A stretch of 63,944 bases of DNA, the filler included, from Folioceros fuciformis (Eukaryota): NCBI GenBank assembly GCA_049999805.1. It is 8 parts of 8 records of this genome, joined end to end, with 100 filler letters (N's around TTAATTAATTAA, not from the genome) between each part and the next. Parts side by side here need not be neighbours in the genome. Positions count along the whole stretch, not along the records: positions 1 to 7,473 come from JBNGIO010001468.1; positions 7,574 to 13,001 come from JBNGIO010001470.1; 6 more parts are not named here. The stretch is one strand, 5' to 3'. The notes below the pieces were generated by a model that worked only from the letters and a program-made list of their open reading frames with translations, searched no databases and was not told the origin of the DNA. The first letter of the stretch is position 1. The number at the start of each line of letters is the position of its first letter. The position numbers and the translations under genes are program-made. Below are positions 1-11,700 of the stretch, piece after piece.

Positions 1-2
1 AC

Positions 3-1796
3 ATGGCGGCCTGCGAGTTCAAGAAGGCGGAGGGGGAGGCCGGTGAGGCCTGCGCCGGGGCCGGTGGCTGGAGGGCGGCCGCCGGAGAGGGGCAGAAGGT
101 GCTGGACGTCGTCTACGACGGCCTGGAGGAAGGTTCGGACGAGGCCGCCGGGGAAGGGCACGGAGAAGGGTGGGAGTCGGCTGACCTGTTCCGCGGCTCG
201 GCTGCGGGAGAGGGGCCCCGGGTGGAACGTCAGCCGCAGTGGGCCATAGGCGACCTCTCCCGGAGCCTGGAGGGGAGGAAGGCCACTGACGTGCGACTGG
301 CGGCGATTGCGGTTGGGACCGCCGCCCGAGGCGGGCTGGGAAAGCTGTCCGTCCGAGGCGCTTGGGGTGACAGAGTGGTACGGAGCGTGACCGACCTGGG
401 AGTGTGTGCCATCGGTATTTGCTGCGCCGCGTTACGCTGTTTTAGTTTGTGGCATTGTTCCAGCGTCGGGGATGATGGGTTGGTAGCCATAGGGAAGGGG
501 TGTAGGTTGTTGCAGAAGCTGGACATGCTGAGGTGCCCCGGTGTTGGGGATGCCGGCCTCCGTGCTATTGCTCTGGGTTGTCCCTTGTTAGCGAGCTTAA
601 GCATAGATTCGTGTGACAATGTGAGTGATCGGGGTCTCATTAGCGTGGGCCAGAGTTGCTCCTACCTTGCTGCATTCTGTGTGAGAAACTGTGCATCGGT
701 CGGGGACGAGGGGATTGCCGCCGTTGTCACAGGGGCCAAGTTGTTGCGGAGGCTGAAGCTGGAGAAGGTAGGAGTTGGGGACGAGGTGTTGATCACTGTT
801 GCTGGGCACGGGAATTCCCTTGTTCACTTGATTCTTTCCGGTCTGGAGAGCCTGTCTGAGGAGGGGTTCTCGTCGTTGGGGAGGTCGTCGCGGTTGGGGA
901 AGTTGAAGAACTTGCTAATCAACTCCTGTAGAAGTCTCACGGATGCTGCCTTGGTAGAAATTGGGCAAGGCTGTCCGGATTTGAAGCGTTTGGTACTACG
1001 TGATTGTGTTGGAGTTGGGGATGAGGGCTTGCAGGGTTTTACACGGCTTTGCTCTTCCCTGGAAAGCTTACATGTTATGAGATGCCAGGGTATCACATGT
1101 GTGGGGCTGATGTCGCTCTTGTCGTTCGGGGGGACGCATCTGAAAAGTCTTCAGCTCTCCAAGTGCTACGGGATCACTGATGCAGGATTCTGTGCCGAGT
1201 CTTTTACTGTTCCCTGCGAGTTTCTGACGTCTCTAAGCCTGAGTGGGTGCAAGGGAATAGGGGATCGATGCCTGGAGTTGATTGCCCAATCTTGCTCAGC
1301 ACTGGAGTATCTCGATCTGAGTGGCCTTTGTGCTGTGAGTGACAGCGGAGTGATGGCAGCTGTGAGCAGCTGTCAAGAGACTTTGGTGGGCCTCAACCTC
1401 AGTGGCTGCTGCAAGGTTTCAGATCGTGCAGTGTGTGACATCATTAAGAGTTGCGGGCGTCACTTGCGAAGCCTCACTCTCAATGGTTGCCAAAAGGTTA
1501 CAGATGTTAGCCTCAAAGTCATCGCTGAAGAGTGTCTTGAACTCAAGGATCTTGATGTCTCAAGGTGCAGCATAACGGATGAGGGTGTGTATGCTGTCGT
1601 GGCAACCCGCGGACAGGGATTGCAGAGTTTGTCACTGGAGAGCTGCATGGATATAACAGATGAGTGTCTACCTTTCATTGAAAAAGACTGTGAGTTTCTA
1701 TGGGGCCTGAATGTGAAACATTGCGAGGGGCTGTCCAGGGGTGCTCTGGATTCTTTTGAAGCACGTCTTTTCAGATGTGATCTCTTATGTTCCTAG
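3..1796 (+). CDS. EBF1: EIN3-binding F-box (EBF1/2-like) LRR protein, 5' partial (F-box presumably upstream of the window)
   Basis: Contains LSRSLEGRKATDVRLAAIAVGTAARGGLGKLSVRG, the EBF signature block, then many cysteine-containing LRRs (LxxLxLxxCxxVxD) and the C-terminus RCDLLCS. No upstream in-frame stop is visible. Confidence 0.9.
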   Translation: MAACEFKKAEGEAGEACAGAGGWRAAAGEGQKVLDVVYDGLEEGSDEAAGEGHGEGWESADLFRGSAAGEGPRVERQPQWAIGDLSRSLEGRKATDVRLAAIAVGTAARGGLGKLSVRGAWGDRVVRSVTDLGVCAIGICCAALRCFSLWHCSSVGDDGLVAIGKGCRLLQKLDMLRCPGVGDAGLRAIALGCPLLASLSIDSCDNVSDRGLISVGQSCSYLAAFCVRNCASVGDEGIAAVVTGAKLLRRLKLEKVGVGDEVLITVAGHGNSLVHLILSGLESLSEEGFSSLGRSSRLGKLKNLLINSCRSLTDAALVEIGQGCPDLKRLVLRDCVGVGDEGLQGFTRLCSSLESLHVMRCQGITCVGLMSLLSFGGTHLKSLQLSKCYGITDAGFCAESFTVPCEFLTSLSLSGCKGIGDRCLELIAQSCSALEYLDLSGLCAVSDSGVMAAVSSCQETLVGLNLSGCCKVSDRAVCDIIKSCGRHLRSLTLNGCQKVTDVSLKVIAEECLELKDLDVSRCSITDEGVYAVVATRGQGLQSLSLESCMDITDECLPFIEKDCEFLWGLNVKHCEGLSRGALDSFEARLFRCDLLCS

Positions 1797-2787
1797 TTCT
1801 GGGTTGAGCATCGCCAGCAACAGCGAATTCACCTGTGTACAAGAACGAACTTCATTTTTTTCCCTCTAGTCATATTGAGCACACTGATTTGTCAAGGCTT
1901 CCTTAGTGCCTGGAAGCATATCCACTGATGGATTGCGGTATGACAAGTCGGCTGGAAATAAGAGTGGCCGTTTCAAGCCAGTCGTTTCATGACGCAGGTG
2001 AAAGATGAATAGGCAGCACGAAGTGGGTACAACTAGATCGGCAATGGGTTCGGAGAATGTATCCAGATAGGCAATCAAAGATTAATGGGCACAGCTTTTG
2101 CTGCAAACCTCTTCCGAGGTTTTTTCTTCCAGACTCATTTCTTGTTGATATATTGCCGATTTTCCGGCCCTTTTGCCTGTTTTGTTATCGTCATGCAATA
2201 TGGGCTTGACTGAAGCGGTGGATCTATTATGTCCCATTTCAGCAAAATGCCATTCCGGCTAAATCGTAAGTGACTCGGTGTGGACTGACCGGCGGACGCT
2301 GTTTACTAGACATGCTGCATGTACCGAAGGCGACCTAATGTATTCCTGGGTTGTCTCTCAGACTCCAGGGAGGAAATCCAATCCATCTATGTCTCCCGTC
2401 CAACGCCGTGCAAACAGCACGAACGTCCTATCAGATTGGGATTAGAACTCGGATGGACACGATGTTCAATTTAGAGAAGGGAAGATCTGATGAATACACT
2501 GACAACGCAAATGAAGTACTGAAGTTATGAACGTGGTGTTTCCCGAGCACTCAGGAGTTCGGCTTCCAATTTCCACCCTCAGGGTGATAAAGACATAATT
2601 ACGTGCGCTTAATTGAAAAGCGAAGCGGACGTCACCTTCCAGTCCTGACTAAGGTGGGGGCACTCACTTTACGACAAACCACGACCTCGCCTTTCCATCC
2701 TAAAGGAGCTTTCCGGTGATAGTTTCTGGACGAACATTGATGCACATACAGAAAAGCTCCTTGCAAGGCCTCAGGGTTCCCAGGGCT

Positions 2788-3837
2788 TCACAGGATGGTG
2801 CAAAAGCCGGCTTCCCTAGCCCTCTCCGTCTCCTTTCGAAGCTCTTCTGACTCTTTAAGGGCCTTATCCAGTTGCAACTTCATTTGTTTGATGCTCATCT
2901 CAGACTCAGCTGCTTGACGTTCAGATAACTCTTTGTACTGCAGAGCTTGACGCTCGGAAAACTCCCTTGCACGCTTCTCTTCTGCAAGTTTCTGTTCCAA
3001 AAACTCAGCAGTCAAACGCAGCTTTTCATCCACCATCGCCACCATGGCCTTCCATTTCTCCTCGTGGGCTTGCTCCAACTCATGCTTCAGCAACTCCATC
3101 TCCTGGCGCCGGTCAGCCACAGCATCGAGCTGCCGCTTGTCCCGTGCTGACTGTTTTGCTAAGATCTGTGCTTCACCAAAAAGTTCGTTTGTGTAGGGTT
3201 TCCCTCCGTTTCTCACAACCATGTCATCCACGGCACGCAGCAACGCTGTGGTTTGATCCTGTTTCTGCTTCTCGTCCTTACTCCTGTTGTTGAACAAGAT
3301 CTTCCTCCCTCCGCAATCGTTGAGAAGACTTTTGAGATGCTCAGGAGCATCAGCACAATACTCGTCCAAACTCCCGTCCTCCTCCAACTCATCTCCGCCG
3401 GTGAAGACCACAATCATGTACTGCAGGACCTTGTTACCAAACAAGCACCGCAAATTGTCCACCACATTCATCTCCTCAAGCGTGAAGCGATTCCGTACAG
3501 ATAACACAAGCAGAAGAGCATGCACCCCATCCTTGGCCAACTCCAGGCACTTAACGATCTCATTCCTCACAGTCTCTGCAGGCATGGAAACCTCGAAGAA
3601 GCCTGGGGTATCTACAACACGAATCTTGCGACCATCGGACCTCACGGTCGACTGAAGCTCACAAGTTGTTGTCACAGACGACGCTCGGCCCCTGGACTTG
3701 AAAGCAGGGAACCCGAGGATGGAATTCCCTGTGGCACTCTTGCCATTGCCTGTCCGTCCCATCAACACCATCGTAATTGGGGCTGCAGCCACCTCCTCCA
3801 CCCAATCAAAGTCCTCCCCCAAACTAATGCCGCCCAT
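2788..3837 (-). CDS. AIG1/IAN (GIMAP-type) GTPase, IAN9-like, with C-terminal coiled coil and CaaX box
   Basis: G1 GRTGNGKS, G3 DTPG, GVHALLLV..RFT.EE and G4 TGGDEL motifs; ends CTIL. CDS is intronless; likely 5'UTR intron at about 3862-4007. Confidence 0.92.
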   Translation of the reverse strand: MGGISLGEDFDWVEEVAAAPITMVLMGRTGNGKSATGNSILGFPAFKSRGRASSVTTTCELQSTVRSDGRKIRVVDTPGFFEVSMPAETVRNEIVKCLELAKDGVHALLLVLSVRNRFTLEEMNVVDNLRCLFGNKVLQYMIVVFTGGDELEEDGSLDEYCADAPEHLKSLLNDCGGRKILFNNRSKDEKQKQDQTTALLRAVDDMVVRNGGKPYTNELFGEAQILAKQSARDKRQLDAVADRRQEMELLKHELEQAHEEKWKAMVAMVDEKLRLTAEFLEQKLAEEKRAREFSERQALQYKELSERQAAESEMSIKQMKLQLDKALKESEELRKETERAREAGFCTIL

Positions 3838-5395
3838 CGTGGTTCGTCTTCAGCGACAGCCCTACAGCACAACAACAAGCAACACCAAGCAATCTCAGAT
3901 GTCCCCACAGGAACGCCTTCACATGCGTTCTCTCCAATTTCCCACATGCACAATTCTTCTGTCAGTCTACACGCACACCAATTCTCGTCCACCCGACACA
4001 AACCTACCTGATTTCTTTGGAGTCCTTCGGCCTCTGAGCCTACACCTCAAGGTAGAAGAACTTCCCCATCGGAACTTCTAAGCCAAAGTTAAGACCTGTC
4101 CAGTACAAACAGTGACCGGACTTGGAGAAAGCCATAGCTCCTCTTTTAGGTTTACGTCACCGAGGCCAGGCTAACTTCACATGCTGGGTCGACCGACATG
4201 TTTTCTTTTCTATAAAATGAACACATGACTAATTTGTACTTCATTTGTGGCAACTAAGACATATAGGAGGACATCTAGGACATGCTAGATACAAACCTCA
4301 TGTTTGATGTGATCTCTATTCAAGGCATCACTAACGGTATAGGCTAGGCTGTAAATGGAGTAATATCTCTCAGAGATGCGAAGTACAACAAAATGCACCG
4401 GACCATCTCTTTAATTCACTTGCACCAGAAACGTCACTTACTAAAATTTTGAAGTGCTATACCAAATGGTACCATGCCGGTAGCCTTCATGCCAGTAGCC
4501 TTCACACTGGGTTGTCGCTTTCCTTCTTCATGGAATATGTACTTGAAACACAAGCCTTCCCCGCCTTTCAGAGGGCCCTCCCAATGGAAATCCTTCGCCT
4601 TTGGAAAGGCTGGTTGTTGGTGTCAGCTGTTTGTCACCTTTTATATGACCTTTCATGAGCATAAAGTGACTGTAAGTGCGAAGCTGTTGTATTTTACTCC
4701 CTCTCCCCTTGACCCTCAAGCTTGTCCTTGTTTGGACAACCCTTATTGTACAGTCTACATCATTTATAAATAATTAGATTTTATAAAATGTGTATTTTTT
4801 TATGCTAAATTTTTGTTTAATATATTTATACGTAGGATCTTAAAAATGTATATATTTAAGTTCTGAAAAAATAAATTGAGATTATTATTAATATTATTAA
4901 AATCAATTTAATATAAAAAGTATAAGCTCTAAATTTTTTTATGAACCAAATTGTAAAATAGTTTTACAACCCAGCTGTAAACTCTATTATGCTATTTATT
5001 ATGACTCCAATCATATACCAATAATTATGAAAAGATTACCTTTCCTTAAAATTGTTTCACTAATATTGAAAAGACAAGTATGTACTTAGATACGATCGCA
5101 AATCAACAAGGTGATAAATTCGAAGAAGGTCTCCTCTATTTATTATAAATCTTAATATCACAAAGCTCGCTATGAACATTACTAAAATTATGTATTAAGA
5201 GGAGACCAGAAAAAAGATGGGAAGAACTGTCTAATCCAAACGTAAAGGAAGCAAGCTTTGGAAGGCATCAAATCATGGGAGACTAATTGGATTGTGTGAC
5301 TTACCTTGTCATTACCTGCAATGCTAAAGAGGAGGGAGTAAAGTGCTGGCCTATTCTCTCTAAGACTTGCCCTAAGAGGACCATCGGGGATAGGA

Positions 5396-6423
5396 GGAGG
5401 GCACTAGAACATTGGTACGCTCAGTGCCCTAGGTTCCTTCTAGGGAGTAGAGGATCGACACCCTACTGAGGGCCTTAGAAAATTGACATGCTCGATGCAC
5501 CAAGTCCCTTCTAAAGAGTAGGGCATCGACACCCTACCAGTCGAGGGCCCTAGAACACTTGCATGCTCGATGCCTTAAGTCCCTTCTAACGAGTAGGGCA
5601 TGAACATCCCACTCATTTAGGGCACTAGAACACTGGCATGCTCGGTGCCTTAAGTCTTGTCTAATGAATAGGGCATTAACAACCTACGAATGAGGGCCTT
5701 AGAGCACTAGCATGCTCAACACCTACTAGATGAGGACTTGAGAGCCATGGCATGCTCGACGCTCTAAGTTCCTTCGAGGTAGTAGGGTGTCGACGCCCAG
5801 CTATCGAATGAGGGCCTTAGAACACTAGCATGCTTAACACCCTAGGTTCCTTGTAGGGAGTAGGGTGCTTATACTCAGCTACCGGATGAGGGGTGTAGAA
5901 CATTGGCATGCTTAGCACCCTAGGTTCCTTGTAGGGAGTAAGGTGTTGATACTCCGCTATCAGATGAAGTCCCTAGAACATTGGCATGCTCAGCACCCTA
6001 GGTTCCTTGTAGGGAGTAGGTCGTTGATACTCAGCTACCGGATGAGGGCCCTAGGACATTGGCATGCTTGGCACCCTAGGTTCCTTATAGGAAGTAGGGC
6101 GTCGACACTTAGCTACCGAATGAGGGCCTTAGAACACTAGCATGTTCGGCACCCGAGGTTCCTTGTAGGGAGTAGGGCATTGACACCCAACTATCGCATG
6201 AGGGCCCTAGAACACTAGCATGTTCGGCACCCTAGGTTCCTTACAGCAATTAGGGCGTCAACACCCAACTAACGGATGAGGGCCCTAGAACACTAGCATG
6301 CTCAGCACCCTAGGTTCCTTGTATGAATTAGGGCATCAATACCTAGCTACCAAATGAGGGGCCTTGAACACTTGCATGCTTGACACCCAAAGTCACTTCT
6401 AGAGAGTAGGGCATCGACACCCT
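5396..6423. repeat. Tandem repeat array, about 14 units (exactly 78 bp from 5730 onward; mostly 70-75 bp before)
   Basis: Units beginning ATGAG(G)/ATGAAG recur at 5808, 5886, 5964, 6042, 6120, 6198, 6276, 6354. Core consensus is ATGAGGGCCCTAGAACACTAGCATGCTCAGCACCCTAGGTTCCTTGTAGGGAGTAGGG. Confidence 0.95.
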
Positions 6424-7473
6424 GAGGGTGTCAAGAAATTTGCAAGGGGGGGAATGTCGTGTCCCCCTTTTAAAGGGGGTAGACCTTTCATAGGGGGAAG
6501 CCGGGTTTTCTATTCGTCCAAACGCCAGCAATGGGTGAGGGCGCCGGCCGACTAGCGCTCTTTTAGTATAATGGACCATACCTAATATGGAACACGTGAA
6601 AGTTGCAAGGGGGGCAATGTATTGCCCCTTGCGATGGATGACGAGCTTTATTGTTCATTTGGAGGATGGTGGCACATGGTCTATGAAACCGCTTGTACTC
6701 TAAAGCTTGACACCCTAGCGAGGAATTGGAGATACTTGTGAAAATGGTATATAATTCCATTAAAAATTGTACTGGTCACCGTGGTGCTGACCAGCTGACG
6801 CTCGGTTTCGGGTTCCACTTTTCCACAAAACTTTACTTGGAGGGTAAAATTGAAGTCACATAATGCACACGAATAGGACTCTTTTGAAAACTGGAAACAT
6901 CACCTCTATACCTTATATATTCATATGAAGCACAAAATATATTTAGTTATCGATCTGTGGACCAGGCACATCTTCATTCTCCGCAGCCATAAAGTTTAGG
7001 ACAACAGCCACATCCGGTAAAAGGTTCTTAGCTTCTTGTTCCAAGCTATCTACTTCTTCTAGAGCTTATGAGTTCTCCAAATAGTGGGTAACTCTTCTCT
7101 TTTTCCTCATGAAGTAGCTAGGGTGGTTTGTCCTTTCTCCATAGCTTTAGCTGCACTTCTTCTATTCCTACCATTTTTTAATGGATCTATGTTTGCTTTC
7201 ATGTAGTCCACCCCGCTAATGCACACTTCAAATTTCTTTGCCGAAAAACACATACAAACCTCTGCCATGAAGCTTGAGGCCCTTCCAATTGTTCAATTGG
7301 TATATAAACTTCTAGAAGTCTTTAGGGAGACGAGAGAGATTGTCCATGAGTTTTAATTGCTGCACAAACATGAAGAAAACAATAGGTGTTATGTTTAAAG
7401 GAGTCTTAGAAAATGTTTGTTTGAAGCAAAAATAAAATAAAATTAGGGGGCGTTGGTCGACCGGCTCCTTCAC

Positions 7474-7573
7474 NNNNNNNNNNNNNNNNNNNNNNNNNNN
7501 NNNNNNNNNNNNNNNNNTTAATTAATTAANNNNNNNNNNNNNNNNNNNNNNNNNNNNNNNNNNNNNNNNNNNN
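7474..7573. other. Artificial contig linker
   Basis: 44 N + TTAATTAATTAA (stops in all six frames) + 44 N. Confidence 0.98.
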
Positions 7574-7790
7574 AGCAGGTGAAGCTGAAGGCGGACCATG
7601 CGAACGAGCTTTTGTCTTTGACAAGCTCGATGCAGAGCAGGCGAAGCTGAAGGCTAACTATGGAGAGATACAGGCTGACCATGAGAAGCTGCAGGTTGAT
7701 CATGAAAAGCTGCAGGCGGACTGATATTATGAAGCTACAGGTTGAAGTAGGTAGGAGAAGAGTGGTCTCCAAGAAGAAAATAGGGCAATG
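7574..7790 (+). pseudogene. Disrupted coiled-coil coding fragment with 21-nt (heptad) repeats, origin unknown
   Basis: Translates as EQAKLKANYGEIQADHEKLQVDHEKLQAD with frameshifts/stops; cut by the linker. Confidence 0.35.
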
Positions 7791-8747
7791 GAGTCACGAA
7801 TTGTAGCCCTTGAGCTTGCAACTGGAGTGGCTGGTGGAGTACTAGATCCGTAGCAAGTGTGTTAGCTTCTATCTTGTACACCTAAACATTATCTCTAACC
7901 ACCTTCCTTATGAGTTGAACAATAGTCCCTATGATTGCAGCAAGCTGGAAGGCTTATCTTTGATGTGGGGTTGAGGCGGTCTCAAGCTAGCAGCAAGAGT
8001 CACAATGGTTGTAGAGGGCTTTAGGCATGGGATGCAGGTGCCTCTGGATGTATTGACAGATAAGTGTAAGTGTCTGCATTGACAGATACGTGTCAAGTAT
8101 CTGTGGACAGTTGACATGACGTGGTTAGAATTAGAGTCCCGTAATACCACATCCACAACACAATCTGGCATAACTTTGTGGAAAACCCATTAAATTCAGT
8201 CGCTCCCTACATTCCTTGTCATAGAGAACTGCCTGAAAGAAACTGAAAGATCGGAATATTCTCCTCCAATAGGTGGGACACAGCACAAGCAAAGACAAAT
8301 TGATTCCTTTATGAGTCGAAAAGAGAGCCGTTTCAGACTACACAAAATGGAAACTTTGATGGAAACTTTGACACCGTCCTTATGATACGTGTGGATGCTG
8401 TCCGCAGCCCCGGCGGGAAGCCTTGATTAGTCGTAACCGTCCCATTAGATCCTTTTCCAGCTACCATACTCTATACGTCTTAGACAGTCTATCTAGACGC
8501 GAGCGACTTTGAATCTTAGCGACAAATTGAACAGGTTATGAACCTACACTTCGGAAACTTCTATACCAAAATAGCGTCCTCAATCGAATCAAGATGTCAG
8601 AGTCTATGTGGAGTGTAACTCCTCCTCCTCCAAATACATGTAGATATGTGAAATTCTGGCTCAGATTTGTGTAGTGAAAGCCTTCCGGTTCAGGCAAGTC
8701 TTCGACACTACGTGGGCACCTCGACCTTCAAGTAGCATGTATTAACA

Positions 8748-11700
8748 TCACGATTCAATCAGATCCGGAATCCTAGCCGCTCCCAAGTAGACATATTGCA
8801 ATTCATCTTTCCACACCTGCCAACATTCGAGAGGGAATTGAGACTCAAGAGCAAAGCAAGCAAACAGCGGAATTCTATATATGAAATCGCCAACGCGTTA
8901 CATACCTCGTCCCGAAACTCCACTCGCATATGGGGCACGTTGGTCTTGTGAATGTCGTTGCCTTCGGCTCCCCGTTTGAAGTAGTTCTTCCCAACCCAGT
9001 GCGACTGTCAATCAGCAACAAGTGAGAACCACAAAATAACCCTCCAGGAAGGAATAGAGAGCTAATTAGCTCAGACGCCGTTACCTTAAGCTGGTGTGGG
9101 AAACCTGACTGATACACAGAGTTGCGTGCTACCTCACACAAGTCGCTTGCACTCAATTTCCATACCTTCTCAATGCAAAAGAGACATTCATTTGAGAGGG
9201 AAAACGAAAACGACGTTCAGATCCTCCTTGCGTGCAGCAACCAGTAAGCAAGCTTAGAAAGAGGAAGCACCTGTGCAGCAATACTATACTCTTCCACCAA
9301 GGGTTCCTTAGTCAGATGGATCTGCAATGGGTCATCTGTTGAAAGGGAAACATTGAGCCCCCGAGAGAAGAACATAGGAAAGGGGTTCCTATGGTAGTCC
9401 AGAAACAACGAGTTGTTGCTCAAAGGCGACATGGCCAAGCCAATCTGAACGCCAAAAACCTCAAGTGCGTTAACACAACACAATTGGCCTCAGAAATACG
9501 CTTGCAGTGCTGGTGACCATTGGGTCCTCAATGTAAAGGATTTCCGAACCTGAGCTAGATAATAGAGGTACTGAAGTCCTGGTGACTTCCGCAGGTTGTT
9601 TCCATGTGCAATATTGTGAGCAAGCAAAAATGTTGCAGCCAAATGATCAAGATCACCAGCCTGAGAGTAAAAGACACATGCATAAATATATACAGCAGTA
9701 AGGGAGCATCTAAGAGAGCTTGTTGCTCAAAGTACTACAGACGGAGAAGAGAACGGAAAAGACCTAGGTTAAGCACACAATGAACAGCAAAACAACGACA
9801 CCCGACATGATACACAACACAATACACCAGCAACACACAACAGCAAAGGACATACACGAATCCTCTGATTCTAATATTGACCAAATGAAACATTCCATAT
9901 AAAAACTGAGCCACTCTTCAAATGAGCGTAACTTCACAATTGCCTAACCTCCCCAGAATGAGGCCGGAATTTGATTGTCTGCATTCCTTTGGATTCACGA
10001 AGCTGTAAACGAAAGTGGTCAAAGTGAAGTCAGTGAATGCCCTGCCAATTGATCTAGCAGGACCTGTAGAAATGTGGCCACATCTGTCCTACCTTGTTTA
10101 ATGTGTAGAGATTTGCATAAACATAGTAAGCCCAGTATGAATACGCAGGATTGAAAGGATTGTTCCACTGATCAGGAGTTTGCATGTGCTTCGTTGGCCG
10201 TCTCTCTGGCTTGCTTTCATCATCCACCATGTCAAATCCAACCACCTATACGGGACCGTGAACATCATCAACTGGAACTGGGTCTTCAACTCACAAATGT
10301 GTCGTCATGCGGATTACACAGAATGACTACTGGCGTGACCCACATTCCTTTAGCCACATGTCAGAAACAACTAACCTGATTCAAAAAGACGTGGAGTTGA
10401 GGATGTGAAGCTGGATCAACTGTCACTTCAAAGAGAGGGATGAAGACATTGTCCAATATGGTTTGAAAGGATGTAACAATACCCATGTCTTTGTACACAT
10501 TGTAGAGCCGTGGCAGCTGCAACACAGAAGTGAGGCTCATTATGGAGAGATATTGCATACCCCCCCTATGCAACAGACCAACATCCAGCGACTCAAGGAC
10601 AGAAACGCAGACAGAAAGCTGGATGCAAGCAATTACCTGAATCAGCCAGACCACGTTCTCACTATAAATTTCATTGTTGACGATCCAGCTTGCCAATTGA
10701 TCCCACTCACTTTGCTTTCTTCCGTAAATGGAAATCCTGTACTCAGCCATCTGTTGCACCACACCAACATTATTGTCACTGTCAATTGAGATTGCAGTGA
10801 GGCCTCTTAATTAGACATGCTAAACTTTAAAAGAGGAAAATGAGAAACTCTTGAAGCTTCAAAGAAAGGCCAACGCACACAAACGGAGGCACCTGATATT
10901 TGCTTGATGCAAGATCGGAAAACACTTCCTTCGTCAGCTCAGCTAAAAATCGCCCTGCCTTACAGAAAAATAAGAATAATCAGAATGAATTGCTTGGCGG
11001 TAGACCTTACAATTGACAACAAATGCTCATGCCAATCAAACAATAAAGTCTCTAAAGTAGGATATTCCGAGTGACCTTGAATAAGATTGTCTTGCTTCAA
11101 AAAGATCTCCCTCAGCCTACTTTGTCCACAAGGATTATACTTCAGGTTGAACTTATCAAACCGATGGAATGTGTTTTTGTCCGCGTGCACATCAAGCAAG
11201 TCAACATTCAGGTCATAACTGCAGACACAAGTGGCAACGTGAGTGCAAAGCTTCATGGAGGGATCTTTCGACAACTCATTTTACAACGAGATGGTCCTAC
11301 CCTGTCAAGTCCAAACTTTCAAACACTTCCTTCAGAGTGAGGTACTTTCCATCACGAAAAATAACCACCTGTGTGACACGAGCAAATAAAGTTAAGCAAG
11401 GACCACAAAGGCGCTTTTCAGTTTCAAGGACTTCATGCAACGAAGATGATATCCACTAAGGCTTCATGAGAAAGGCTAACCTCATCGGGTTCTTTCCTCA
11501 ACTTAGACTTGATAAACCGGAGCAGGTGCTTCTGGTTCATGCAAGATGAATGATGTACGTGTGTGTCAACCTTCCTCACATTATAGAAGTCTCGATGAGG
11601 TGCACTCTTTTGAGCCAAAAACTCTCGGTCTGCATTAAGCATAAGATGGAGGCTGAATTTCTGGAACAACCACACAAAGAGCTGGTTACCAACATTCTTC

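Noticed and set aside
5396..6423. CRISPR array
   Set aside because: Whole units are homologous with no unique spacers, there are no cas genes, and the context is eukaryotic.
7518..7529. TTAATTAATTAA as a biological motif, and ORFs running through the N tracts
   Set aside because: It is an artificial six-frame stop linker repeated identically seven times.
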